The notes: a model not told the origin generated them from the sequence alone. A DNA stretch of 15,608 nucleotides from Candidatus Sigynarchaeum calidifontis (GCA_030587475.2 JAUQYZ020000041.1:1-15608); one strand, 5' to 3'; positions 1-8,513 are shown, counted from the stretch's first letter. Numbers and translations: made by a program.

Positions 1-1
1 G

Positions 2-142
2 GGCGAGTTTAGCATTCTCGAGCTCAAGCGCGCCATCGAACAGATCCGGGGGACTTGTAAGAAACTTGGCGGGGCGATCGCCCGGCTCGGAGACCGGTAT
101 CTCGTCGCGACCCCTAACGAGCGGATACAACTCGTGGTCTGA
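2..142 (+). CDS. sepF: C-terminal part of archaeal-type cell division protein SepF (DUF552); 5' end outside the window
   Basis: Not in the ORF track. Manual translation from base 2 gives GEFSILELKRAIEQIRGTCKKLGGAIARLGDRYLVATPNERIQLVV then TGA at 140-142. The pattern LKRAIE..R..C...GG.IA.LG..Y.V.TP resembles the archaeal SepF C-terminus. Confidence 0.8.
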   Translation, partial: GEFSILELKRAIEQIRGTCKKLGGAIARLGDRYLVATPNERIQLVV

Positions 143-151
143 TCCTTCCAA

Positions 152-190
152 ATAACGCTTTAAATTCGATGCGATCTGGATGCCGGCATC
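152..190 (+). promoter_or_regulatory. Putative TATA box (TTTAAAT 159-165) and perfect 12-bp palindrome GATGCCGGCATC (179-190) upstream of the Get3/ArsA gene
   Basis: Both motifs are read directly from the sequence. The palindrome lies about where a start site would fall downstream of the TATA box. Confidence 0.4.
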
Positions 191-222
191 GGCCTTTTTA
201 TAGTCTTTTCTGATTTACAAGC

Positions 223-1257
223 ATGGTGATTCGACTGCCTTTTTCGGCGGATCTCGATAAAGACCTTGATTGGAAGGAGTTGGCACTCCCAAAACTCGTG
301 CTATGCTCCGGGAAGGGGGGTGTTGGAAAAACAACCGTTACCGCTGCACTAGCATCAGGACGGGCACGCATGGGAAAACGAGTGCTCGTGATCTCGGTGG
401 ATCCCGCGCATTCGCTGGGAGACTCCCTTGAAATGGATTTAAGTGATGGTCTCATCCATCCGGTACCGGGCTTCGACACGCTACTCGCGCAAGAGCCTAG
501 GATCGGCCCTTCATCGGTCATTGCATCCGATCTGGACACGTGTCACGAAAACTCTGATGATCAAGAAAGTTTGCAGAGGTTGCTCGGCGACATCTTCTTG
601 CCCGTTTCCGAGGAGATGAGCATCATCCAAGCGGTCACCAAGACATGGCACTCGCTGCGGGAAAAAAAACTGATTGTGGATGAGATTTATGTAGACGGTT
701 CACCATCTGGCCACATGCTCAGGACCTTGCAATTTCCATTCAGGATGAACGAGTATCTCGGAAAAATTATCAGGATGATCGATGGATTCAAGCGGATTCT
801 CTTGCTCGATGCACGAAAGCGAAGCATGCTCAAAAAGCAAGCTTCGATCGCCGAATCATTCAGGGCATTCATGAAGGTTCTATCGAATCCTGCAATGGCG
901 ACAGCCATTCTTGTTACCATTCCAGAAACCTTGAGCTTCGCGGAGACGGAACGCACGTTCATGGCCATGAGCCATCTCGGGATCCGCGTGACAAACCTGG
1001 TCATCAACAAGATACACGATCCTAGCTCGAGCGAGAAGTTATCTTGTCCTTTCTGCATAGAGCGGGTGCGAAACGAGATAACGATTCTCCAGCAAATGGA
1101 TCGCCGGTTTGGATCGGTCGATCTCGCGATCACCCGCGTTCCCTTGCTCGATCACGAGATCAAGGGCATGAACACCTTGGCCGAAATGGAACATTATTTG
1201 CTAGAACCCGCTCGTGGGACAGCTCGTGATGTGACGGCAAAAGCGTCGCATTATTAG
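223..1257 (+). CDS. ArsA/Get3 (TRC40/ASNA1) family SIMIBI ATPase, single-domain Get3-like type
   Basis: Deviant Walker A SGKGGVGKTT; switch I DPAHSLGD; switch II variant DGSPSGHMLRTL; IPETLSFAETER (cf. Get3 EFLSLYETER); LVINK; CPFC CxxC motif; VPLLDHEIKG A-loop region; 344 aa with one ATPase domain. Confidence 0.9.
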   Translation: MVIRLPFSADLDKDLDWKELALPKLVLCSGKGGVGKTTVTAALASGRARMGKRVLVISVDPAHSLGDSLEMDLSDGLIHPVPGFDTLLAQEPRIGPSSVIASDLDTCHENSDDQESLQRLLGDIFLPVSEEMSIIQAVTKTWHSLREKKLIVDEIYVDGSPSGHMLRTLQFPFRMNEYLGKIIRMIDGFKRILLLDARKRSMLKKQASIAESFRAFMKVLSNPAMATAILVTIPETLSFAETERTFMAMSHLGIRVTNLVINKIHDPSSSEKLSCPFCIERVRNEITILQQMDRRFGSVDLAITRVPLLDHEIKGMNTLAEMEHYLLEPARGTARDVTAKASHY

Positions 1258-1280
1258 GATAAAATTGCTATTGTTTTATC
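1258..1280. terminator. AT-rich inverted repeat right after the ATPase stop codon (terminator or operator)
   Basis: GATAAAA-N9-TTTTATC directly after TAG 1255-1257. AAATTGC recurs at 1314-1320. Confidence 0.3.
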
Positions 1281-1385
1281 TGACCATGAGCTGAATGGCA
1301 TCGATCTGCAAGGAAATTGCGTTATTTTTAGGAATTAATCCACACATCTCTCCCGATGGATCATCGATTTGATTGGTGAAAAGGA

Positions 1386-1703
1386 ATGGTGGAAAAAATT
1401 GAAGAAGAAGCCAAGACTGCTAGACAGCGCATAGTGGAATACCTGGAAAACATGAACGACCCGCGGAGCGTGGCAGACATTGCAAGGATGATCGGCAGCG
1501 ACCGCTCGGAAAACGTCATCGCTGACATCAATCACGCGCTCAAAACATTGAAGGCCAAGGGTATCAAGTTCAAGATAATGCCGGCCACGTGCAGGAAATG
1601 CAACTTCATTTTCAAGCAAACAAAGCTTGAAGTAAAAACCCCTTCCAAGTGCCCTAGCTGCAAGGGCGAGCTGATCAATCCTCCGATACTCCAGAGAAAA
1701 TGA
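1386..1703 (+). CDS. Predicted transcriptional regulator, HTH fused to Zn-ribbon (COG3357-like)
   Basis: N-terminal TARQRIVEYL...SVADIARMIG HTH; C-terminal CRKC...PSKCPSCK...INPP zinc ribbon; GGTGA RBS at 1375-1379; T-rich tract after the stop. Confidence 0.85.
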   Translation: MVEKIEEEAKTARQRIVEYLENMNDPRSVADIARMIGSDRSENVIADINHALKTLKAKGIKFKIMPATCRKCNFIFKQTKLEVKTPSKCPSCKGELINPPILQRK

Positions 1704-1830
1704 GTTTCATCCTTTTTCCTCGTTTTAACTCGGCGCATCAATTAAATAAGGTCGTTGCATGATCATCTTGGTGTCATACTGAACTGCACGATGCCGGCGT
1801 CATGCGCACGTGCGTTGAAACGTGGTGCGA

Positions 1831-2502
1831 ATGGAATCCCTCACGGACGAGCAGCGAAGGAACATTTACTTGATCAAGCGCGAGTTCATCCGGGAACTCG
1901 ATCATGGGCTCGGGAAAATCAAGAAGCTAATCTCTCGCGAGTATTCGGGGCTGCTCACCAACATTCCATCGAACATTTTCTATTACATGTACGTTCGCGG
2001 CGGCGTGCGCCAGAACATCATCAACCAGATAAAGATCAGCTTGAAGATGGCTATCGAATTCGATGGCCAGAACATCGATCAACTGGTCGACAAGTACAAG
2101 GTCGAATACTTGAAAAATGACCTGATAAGCTTGCATTGCAAGAAAGATCATCCGGTCTTCACCGAGTTGCAAGAAATCACCATCAACAACATGTATTCCC
2201 GCGTACCCATCTTGCACGCCTTGATCCACTCGAAAGGAACCACGTACGATGAGCTCGTGAAAAACGCATTTACCACCAGGGAGGCGGTTCGCCGCGTGCT
2301 CGAGATCCAACTCATCTTCATCGACCAGTGGATCGAATTGCTTGGCAAGAACAAGGATGCCATCTTGCCGCCGAACATCGCAAACGTGAACATACCCATA
2401 TCTAGCGAGACGATCTTCAAGATCATCGTCGAGACTTACGATTACGGGCTGGCCCGCCTCGAGCACAAGCTCGATGGATTCTTCCCCCCAGCCACGGCAT
2501 GA
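1831..2502 (+). CDS. Hypothetical, predicted all-helical protein
   Basis: Long ORF with typical codon usage. ATG 1831 follows GTGGTG (alternative GTG start 1822). Stop overlaps the next start (ATGA 2499-2502). No recognisable motif. Confidence 0.75.
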   Translation: MESLTDEQRRNIYLIKREFIRELDHGLGKIKKLISREYSGLLTNIPSNIFYYMYVRGGVRQNIINQIKISLKMAIEFDGQNIDQLVDKYKVEYLKNDLISLHCKKDHPVFTELQEITINNMYSRVPILHALIHSKGTTYDELVKNAFTTREAVRRVLEIQLIFIDQWIELLGKNKDAILPPNIANVNIPISSETIFKIIVETYDYGLARLEHKLDGFFPPATA

Positions 2503-3287
2503 ACATCGATGAATGGCAGGTGCAAGAGATGTCGATAAAGCCCGAAGTCAAGGAGGCCATGAAAAAGCTGGGGTTTACGGATTACAACATCATCATTTAC
2601 GAGACGCTGCTCAAGGAAAAGGAACTCGATGCCCGCGTGCTTTCCCAGAAAACGCAAGTACCATATAGCCGCGTTTACGAGATCCTCAACGAGATGATCG
2701 AGAAGGGGTATATCATCAAGCTCGATGGCCGCCCCTCCACCTACGTTCCGAAATCTCCGATAGACGTTTTGCAAGGCATCCAGCAACAATACGAGCGGGA
2801 ATTTGCGATCAACTCGGCTATCGTGAAAGAACCGCTTATGGGCTTTTTCAACGAGACGCGGAGCGCCCAGACCGCCCAGATCTCCATTACCTATGGAAAG
2901 GCATCGAATCTCGTTCACGTGAAAAACATCATCCGCGGCGCTGTGCGGTCTCTCTACTTGATCGTGACCGATTATGACTTGTTTTTCCCTGATATCTTGG
3001 ACGAGATCAAGCTCTTGAAACTCAAGCACGTGCGGCCCCAGATCATATTGCCCAGCAAGCACGAGAAAGACAAGGAAATAGCCGCGCTCCGTGACACGGG
3101 CGATGTCAAGTTCATGGGCATGCCACCAACGAACATGGTCATCGCAGACGACCAAAACGCGTTGATGGTGGCCGCTGGTGATTATGTCAAGAACATGTCA
3201 GAAGACATGGTTGGCGTGAGCATGTCGCACGCGTCGACCGCCTTCATCACCAAGCTCCTCTTCAAGAACTTGTGGGACAACATGTAA
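2499..3287 (+). CDS. TrmB-family transcriptional regulator
   Basis: MKKLGFTDY...IYETLL...LSQKTQVPYSRVYEILNEMIEKGYI...GRPSTY..KSP is the TrmB winged HTH, followed by a coiled coil and an effector-like domain. Alternative start at ATG 2529 with AGGTG upstream. Confidence 0.9.
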   Translation: MNIDEWQVQEMSIKPEVKEAMKKLGFTDYNIIIYETLLKEKELDARVLSQKTQVPYSRVYEILNEMIEKGYIIKLDGRPSTYVPKSPIDVLQGIQQQYEREFAINSAIVKEPLMGFFNETRSAQTAQISITYGKASNLVHVKNIIRGAVRSLYLIVTDYDLFFPDILDEIKLLKLKHVRPQIILPSKHEKDKEIAALRDTGDVKFMGMPPTNMVIADDQNALMVAAGDYVKNMSEDMVGVSMSHASTAFITKLLFKNLWDNM

Positions 3288-3290
3288 ACT

Positions 3291-4454
3291 TCACGAGCCA
3301 TCAAGTATCAATGTTTGTCCTGTGGGTATGGCGTTGAATCGAACATAAGTGGCCCCATCATATTTCCAGGTCTCTTTACATTCGAGTCGTTCGTGCCTTT
3401 CTTCTGCGACGATGTCCACGTGTTTCCACGTGTCAGGAACCAGGACGTCGATGGTCAATGGATAGTTGTACGTGCTCGCGTCAAGCCCGTGGTGGATTTC
3501 CAGCTCGATTCGATCCTTGCCCTCCCTGAGCACGCGGTAATTGAAGGTGTCCCTCTCTTTCAAATATTTCATGACATTCGAGACCGTGTCGACCCAGACC
3601 GCCCTGATCTTCACTTGTTCCGCGAGCCACTTCGCGAACGGCTTGAACCATTCTATCGGGTAGGGACTGAACGTGTCTACCTTCCTGGTCTCGTCGAAGG
3701 GGATGACCTCGTGCTGGACGAAGACCGACCACACCCCTCTGCCAAATGCGCGCGTCTCGATGTTGCTAGCGAACCGCTCGAGCAATGTTGACTTTAGCAC
3801 TCTTCCTTGTTTCTGGAAAAAAGCTTGTTGCCTTTGAATTATTTCGTTTCTCCTTGTAAGATACCAGCGATTGAAGCACGAGACTGGCCGGTTTCCGCGC
3901 CAGCCTTTTTCCGAACGACGTTCCATCAAGTCGATGATGGCGCCCGTTACCAAAATGAAAGGGTTGCCGATGCCCCGTGCAGCGATGTAATACCTCGCCG
4001 CGTGGTGCGACACGGTTCGATTGTGCAGCGAGTACGGGTAGGCTATGGCGGAGCATGGTTGTGTCGGGATATGCCGCTCGATGACTCTCTTTGACTCTGC
4101 AAGCTCGTGTAGAAGCGTGCCAGCACGGTTCTCGGCGCCTTGCATCAACCTCGTGAGCTTGACATGGGTCATGCCATGGCTTCCGATCTCGAACCCGTCG
4201 CCGGCCATCTGTTCGAATTCGCGCCACGTGCCGATACGGCTAGCGTACTTGGATGTCGACGGATCGTCAAGCCAGCCCGGAACGACGAAGAACGTTGCCT
4301 TCAAGCCGAATTCCTTCAGGACCGGATACAAGTACGCGTGATGGCTCGCGTAGCCATCATCGAACGTTAGAGACAAGGCCGAGCTCCGCTCGTCCGGCCA
4401 ATTGGTGACCCATGCTTTCGTTTTTGCATTCTTGATACCCACGTTGCTTGTCAT
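3291..4454 (-). CDS. Polysaccharide deacetylase (NodB/CE4 family) with C-terminal beta domain
   Basis: LTFDDG, GLKATFFV, EIGSHGMTH (HxxxH), AYPY, and a late His motif VQHEV. Start ATG 4454 or GTG 4472; no signal peptide evident. Confidence 0.88.
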   Translation of the reverse strand: MTSNVGIKNAKTKAWVTNWPDERSSALSLTFDDGYASHHAYLYPVLKEFGLKATFFVVPGWLDDPSTSKYASRIGTWREFEQMAGDGFEIGSHGMTHVKLTRLMQGAENRAGTLLHELAESKRVIERHIPTQPCSAIAYPYSLHNRTVSHHAARYYIAARGIGNPFILVTGAIIDLMERRSEKGWRGNRPVSCFNRWYLTRRNEIIQRQQAFFQKQGRVLKSTLLERFASNIETRAFGRGVWSVFVQHEVIPFDETRKVDTFSPYPIEWFKPFAKWLAEQVKIRAVWVDTVSNVMKYLKERDTFNYRVLREGKDRIELEIHHGLDASTYNYPLTIDVLVPDTWKHVDIVAEERHERLECKETWKYDGATYVRFNAIPTGQTLILDGS

Positions 4455-4585
4455 GCATGTTGTCACTTCCATTCCACTCGAGGCTTACCCTAATCACGCC
4501 TTTATACTCGCACCTCATCGTGGAAAAATCTTTTTTATTTGCAAAGCCGAGCTATCTTCCACCATCAAGTAAAAAGGCTGAGATC

Positions 4586-5557
4586 ATGAAGTTAGGTGTG
4601 TTTACCGCGTTGCTGAGCAAGCAACCGCTCGACGAAGCTCTCGCCATCATCAAGAAGCTAGAGGGCGTCGAGGCCGTCGAGATCGGCACCGGCAACTGGC
4701 CGGGCAATGCCCATTGTAACCCTGCGGAATTACTCAAGGACGATGCCAAGCTCACGGCGTTCAGGAAAGTTGTGGCAGATAAGGGACTAATGATATCCGC
4801 GCTTTCCTGCCACGGGAACCCCGTCCATCCATCCAAGGCGGTTGCGGACGAGCACGCGAAGGTACAGCGCGACACGATTTTGCTCGCCGAGAAGCTCGGG
4901 ATCGACCGCGTCATCACGTTCTCCGGTTGCCCTGGCGGTTCCAAGGGCGACAAGACGCCGAACTGGGCTACTTGCCCGTGGCCACCAGATTTCCTGGACG
5001 TGCTCAAGTACCAGTGGGAGGAGGTCTTGATCCCGTACTGGCAAAATGAAGTCGAATTCGCCGAGAAGCACGGCGTGGACAAGATATGCCTCGAGATGCA
5101 CCCGGGCTTCTGCGTGTACAATCCGGAAACCTTGTGGAAGCTCAGGAAAGCCGTTGGCGGGAAGGTCATCGGTGCAAATCTAGACCCGTCGCATCTGTTC
5201 TGGCAAGGCATGGATTTGACCAGCGTTATCCGGAACTTGAAAGGTATCATTTACCACTTCCATGCCAAGGATTGCATCATCGATCCGATCAATGCTGCCA
5301 CAAACGGCGTTCTCGACACGAAACATTATGGTGACGAGATAAACCGGAGCTGGATCTTCCGCACGTGTGGCTACGGCCACGGCGAGAAGGTTTGGCGGGA
5401 CATCGTCTCGAATCTCCGATTGGTCGGGTATGACTATGTCATGTCGATAGAGCACGAGGATTCCTTGATGTCCGCAAATGAGGGCTTGAAAAAGGCCGTC
5501 GCGTTCTTGAAGGGCTTGCTCATCGCCGAGAAGCCCGGCGCGATGACCTGGGCGTGA
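4586..5557 (+). CDS. Sugar phosphate isomerase/epimerase, xylose-isomerase-like TIM barrel (AP_endonuc_2 family)
   Basis: Start reassigned to ATG 4586 (MKLGVFT). Metal ligand pattern LEMHPG, NLDPSHL, HFHAKD, SIEHED. Confidence 0.88.
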   Translation: MKLGVFTALLSKQPLDEALAIIKKLEGVEAVEIGTGNWPGNAHCNPAELLKDDAKLTAFRKVVADKGLMISALSCHGNPVHPSKAVADEHAKVQRDTILLAEKLGIDRVITFSGCPGGSKGDKTPNWATCPWPPDFLDVLKYQWEEVLIPYWQNEVEFAEKHGVDKICLEMHPGFCVYNPETLWKLRKAVGGKVIGANLDPSHLFWQGMDLTSVIRNLKGIIYHFHAKDCIIDPINAATNGVLDTKHYGDEINRSWIFRTCGYGHGEKVWRDIVSNLRLVGYDYVMSIEHEDSLMSANEGLKKAVAFLKGLLIAEKPGAMTWA

Positions 5558-5573
5558 TCGAGGTGGCGCGAGC

Positions 5574-6197
5574 GTGAAAGTCGTCGGCATCATCGGATCT
5601 CCGCGCAAGAACGGCGCATCGGCGCGCGTGTTTAATGTCTTTGCCACCGAGCTGAAGATCCTCGCCCCTGAGGCCCAGGTGGAACAAATCATCCTCGCGG
5701 ACATGAAAATGGTCCCGTGCACGGGTTGCGATGCGTGCTTGAAGGGCGATTGTCCGCTTGACAAGGATGATGATTACCCGAAAATAGTCGACAAGCTCCT
5801 CTCGGCCGACGCGATCGTGGTAGCATCTCCGGTCTATTTCTTCAACGTTCCCGGTATTCTCAAGACTTTCATCGACAGGTCCCGGCGCATGAAGATGAAT
5901 CGAAATATGCTCAAGAACAAGTGGTTCGGGACCATCGTGGCATCGGGTCTGCGCAACGGGGGTGCTGAGAGCGTGACCACCCTCCTCCTGGTGTGGGCGC
6001 TCTCCCAGGGCATGCTCCCTGTCTCGGGGCTGGGCAATCCTGTTATCGAGTCCGGATTGCCAATCACGACCTTGCAAAAGGACAAGCTGAAGGAGTTCCG
6101 CAAGCCAGGGGATGAGGACGAGATCGCAGACAAGGCAGCCAAGCGTCTCGCCGAGCGTTTCGTCGAGCTCGTCGCGCTAGTGAAAAAGCAAGCATGA
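5574..6197 (+). CDS. Iron-sulfur flavoprotein / multimeric flavodoxin (WrbA/Isf family)
   Basis: GSPRKNG FMN-binding loop; CTGCDACLKGDC (Cx2Cx2Cx4C); ADAIVVASPVYF; LKTFIDR; RNGGAE. GTG start with GAGGTG upstream, 16 nt after the epimerase stop. Confidence 0.88.
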   Translation: MKVVGIIGSPRKNGASARVFNVFATELKILAPEAQVEQIILADMKMVPCTGCDACLKGDCPLDKDDDYPKIVDKLLSADAIVVASPVYFFNVPGILKTFIDRSRRMKMNRNMLKNKWFGTIVASGLRNGGAESVTTLLLVWALSQGMLPVSGLGNPVIESGLPITTLQKDKLKEFRKPGDEDEIADKAAKRLAERFVELVALVKKQA

Positions 6198-6203
6198 AAG
6201 CGT

Positions 6204-7589
6204 TTAAAATGCGGATTTTATTTTTTTGTATATTTCCTCAACCCTCTTTTTCCATAGCTGGAAATTCTCCATTACATCCTTTGATGGAAACTTCTCATAG
6301 AGCATCTTGATGTCAGTCATCAACTTGTGCACGTATGCAAGGTTGATGAGCAAGTTGGCGTGTGCGAGCGAGTCGAGGAGCCCGATGCGGAACACGCGCG
6401 TGAGGGCGTCCAGCATCGTGAGCTTTAACTCGCCGGCATATGCAATGTTCAATATATCCTTGCCACTCAAGATCTCCTTTTTCAACCCGAAATTCAAGTC
6501 CACGTCAGTAAAATGCTGGAGGGCGATGCGCAATATATCGAGGGCCGCGAATTGTGACCCTTGGGTACGCATGTACTGCGTGTTATATTCCCAGAGAGCA
6601 CTTGCCGAAACGTCTCCTGCCTTGATTGCATTGGCAGCGACGCCGGCCGCGAGCCATCCCGCGCGCATGCTCGCTTCGATGCCCCCGCCGTGCAATGGAT
6701 TCACCTGGCAAGCGCTGTCCCCGACGAGCATGATGCCGTTGTCGACCAGACTCCAGAGCGGGCGTCGGACGGGAACCACTCCTGCACCCGAGCTCAAGAC
6801 CTCGTACTTGCCCTTTACCAGGCGCTTGAGACAGTTTTCCTGGTATCTTTTCTTGATGACCTCACCCATCTTCTCGCCTTTCTTCTGGGGACCGCCGAGA
6901 CCGATGTTCACGACGTTTCTTCCTTTGGGGAAATACCATATATATCCGCCGGGAGCGAGATCTTGCGTGAGATGGATGGTGATGTAATCCTGGCATTGTG
7001 TCTCCGAGTCCAAGAGCTTGAGAATCTCCCGGTAGCATAGTATCGTGTCTTCCGGCTCTATCGTGGTCTCGATCAAGGTGCTTCTCAAGTGCTCGCGGAT
7101 GGTGGAATAAAATCCGCTGGCGTCGATGACGAGCTTGGCATCGATGATATTCTCCTTCCCGTCTGGTTCTGCGACTATAATCCCCTCGACCGAGTCGTTT
7201 TCTTGCAATGCACATTTCACGTGAACGTTATCGCGGAATTCAACACCCTCGTCGATCGCCTCGGAGACCAAACGCTGGCCAAATGCGAGACGGTTGAGCA
7301 AGTATCCTGCTTGCTTTGGATCGACCATCACGTACTCCTTGGTCGCATCCGGGCTCAATAACCGGGCTCCTTTTAGCTGGAAATCCAATTCTTTTCCTTT
7401 CGGATGGGCGATACCGATCATGTCGAAGATCTCGGATCCCATTGCATCGCCGCAAATCTTGTCGCCGATTTTCTCGCGAGGCTTGCGATCGACCAATAAA
7501 ACCCTCAAGCCTTGTCGTCTCAAGAAACGGGCCGCGATGGAGCCGCCCGTCCCGGCTCCAACCACGATCGCGTCGTACTTGTCGCTCAA
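6204..7589 (-). CDS. Geranylgeranyl reductase (digeranylgeranylglycerophospholipid reductase family), FAD-dependent
   Basis: YDAIVVGAGTGG dinucleotide motif; IGDKICGD; PGGYIWYFPK (PxxYxWxFP, GGR signature); GDSACQVNPLHGGGI. Start reassigned to TTG 7589 because a TATA box lies inside the longer ORF. Confidence 0.9.
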   Translation of the reverse strand: MSDKYDAIVVGAGTGGSIAARFLRRQGLRVLLVDRKPREKIGDKICGDAMGSEIFDMIGIAHPKGKELDFQLKGARLLSPDATKEYVMVDPKQAGYLLNRLAFGQRLVSEAIDEGVEFRDNVHVKCALQENDSVEGIIVAEPDGKENIIDAKLVIDASGFYSTIREHLRSTLIETTIEPEDTILCYREILKLLDSETQCQDYITIHLTQDLAPGGYIWYFPKGRNVVNIGLGGPQKKGEKMGEVIKKRYQENCLKRLVKGKYEVLSSGAGVVPVRRPLWSLVDNGIMLVGDSACQVNPLHGGGIEASMRAGWLAAGVAANAIKAGDVSASALWEYNTQYMRTQGSQFAALDILRIALQHFTDVDLNFGLKKEILSGKDILNIAYAGELKLTMLDALTRVFRIGLLDSLAHANLLINLAYVHKLMTDIKMLYEKFPSKDVMENFQLWKKRVEEIYKKIKSAF

Positions 7590-7642
7590 GATGTTCCATC
7601 CATGAACCGTGCGTTGAATTATGCCGGAGAAAAAGAGGGTTC

Positions 7643-7656
7643 TATTTAAACTTTTG
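7643..7656 (-). promoter_or_regulatory. Archaeal BRE/TATA promoter of the reductase gene
   Basis: Minus strand reads CAAAAG-TTTAAATA, about 55 nt upstream of TTG 7589. Confidence 0.55.
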
Positions 7657-7722
7657 ACAAGAATTCCAGGAAAACGGGGGTGAACGCGTGCCGGTGGCGC
7701 GTTATCAAGGAATCGGAAATTG

Positions 7723-8364
7723 CTACGATGCTTCCTTTGCGGCATCTCTGAACTGCATCACGAGCTGGGCGATATCCTTGATCAGCCGTTCCTTGAGTTC
7801 CGTCTTGAAGCTGCTCCCGGCGACCGTGATCATGCGCAAGATGCCCTGGTCATCCCGCTCTAGAAAAATGTTGCCCCCCTCTTTCTCGAAGACGGCGACT
7901 ATGTGCCGTTGGAAAAAGTCCTGAAAAAAGCGACTTTCCGGAGCAACGTGCAAGCTCTGGTTCAACATCACCAAGATATTGCCTTGCATGAAGTTGAGCG
8001 TGGCATAAATCACGTCATTCTTCGCATCCTTGATGTTTACGGGTTCGTTGAAGGATTTCAACTCGATCACGATATCCTTGGCCACCTTGCGATCGGACGG
8101 GGGCTCCGGAACTTCTTGCACGGCTAGAAAGTCACCCATCAATGCCGACGCGGGTTGAAAGCTCGCTTCCGATAGGATCTCGTCCAGGTGATGCATCCAT
8201 GATAGTTTCAACTCGATTTCCCGCTTCAAATCATCGAGCTTGCGGGTGTCGGCACGTATTTCTTGTTCCAACCTTGCCCGCAATTGCAGCAACGACGTGA
8301 TCTTGTCTTCACGGTTTTTTTCATCGGCTCCCGATTGCTTGGCATCGACCCTGTCTCCTTTCAT
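7723..8364 (-). CDS. Hypothetical protein, N-terminal coiled coil plus C-terminal alpha/beta domain
   Basis: Heptad-like LLQLRARLEQEIRADTRKLDDLKREIELKL, then SFQPASAL. ATG 8364 has GATGAGGCACGGC upstream, similar to the purA leader (alternative ATG 8376). Confidence 0.75.
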   Translation of the reverse strand: MKGDRVDAKQSGADEKNREDKITSLLQLRARLEQEIRADTRKLDDLKREIELKLSWMHHLDEILSEASFQPASALMGDFLAVQEVPEPPSDRKVAKDIVIELKSFNEPVNIKDAKNDVIYATLNFMQGNILVMLNQSLHVAPESRFFQDFFQRHIVAVFEKEGGNIFLERDDQGILRMITVAGSSFKTELKERLIKDIAQLVMQFRDAAKEAS

Positions 8365-8513
8365 GCCGTGCCTCATCTCAATTCGTGCTTGATCCTTTCA
8401 ATTCCGTCGATCGATTAAAACCTTCATCGCTGAATGTATTTAAGACTTGGAAACGAGATATAATCGGGACTTGTCCCGCGAATTTCTGGTTGCGGGAACC
8501 CGGAAGCACGTCA

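Noticed and set aside
223-1257. Arsenical pump ATPase ArsA of an ars operon
   Set aside because: Single ATPase domain with a Get3-type CxxC and no ars genes nearby.
4448-4585. 46-aa N-terminal extension of the epimerase in the ORF track; likewise extensions at 7590-7745, 8385-8513 and 11646-11699
   Set aside because: They run through promoter-like or structured intergenic DNA or overlap neighbouring genes, and family similarity starts at the downstream start codons.
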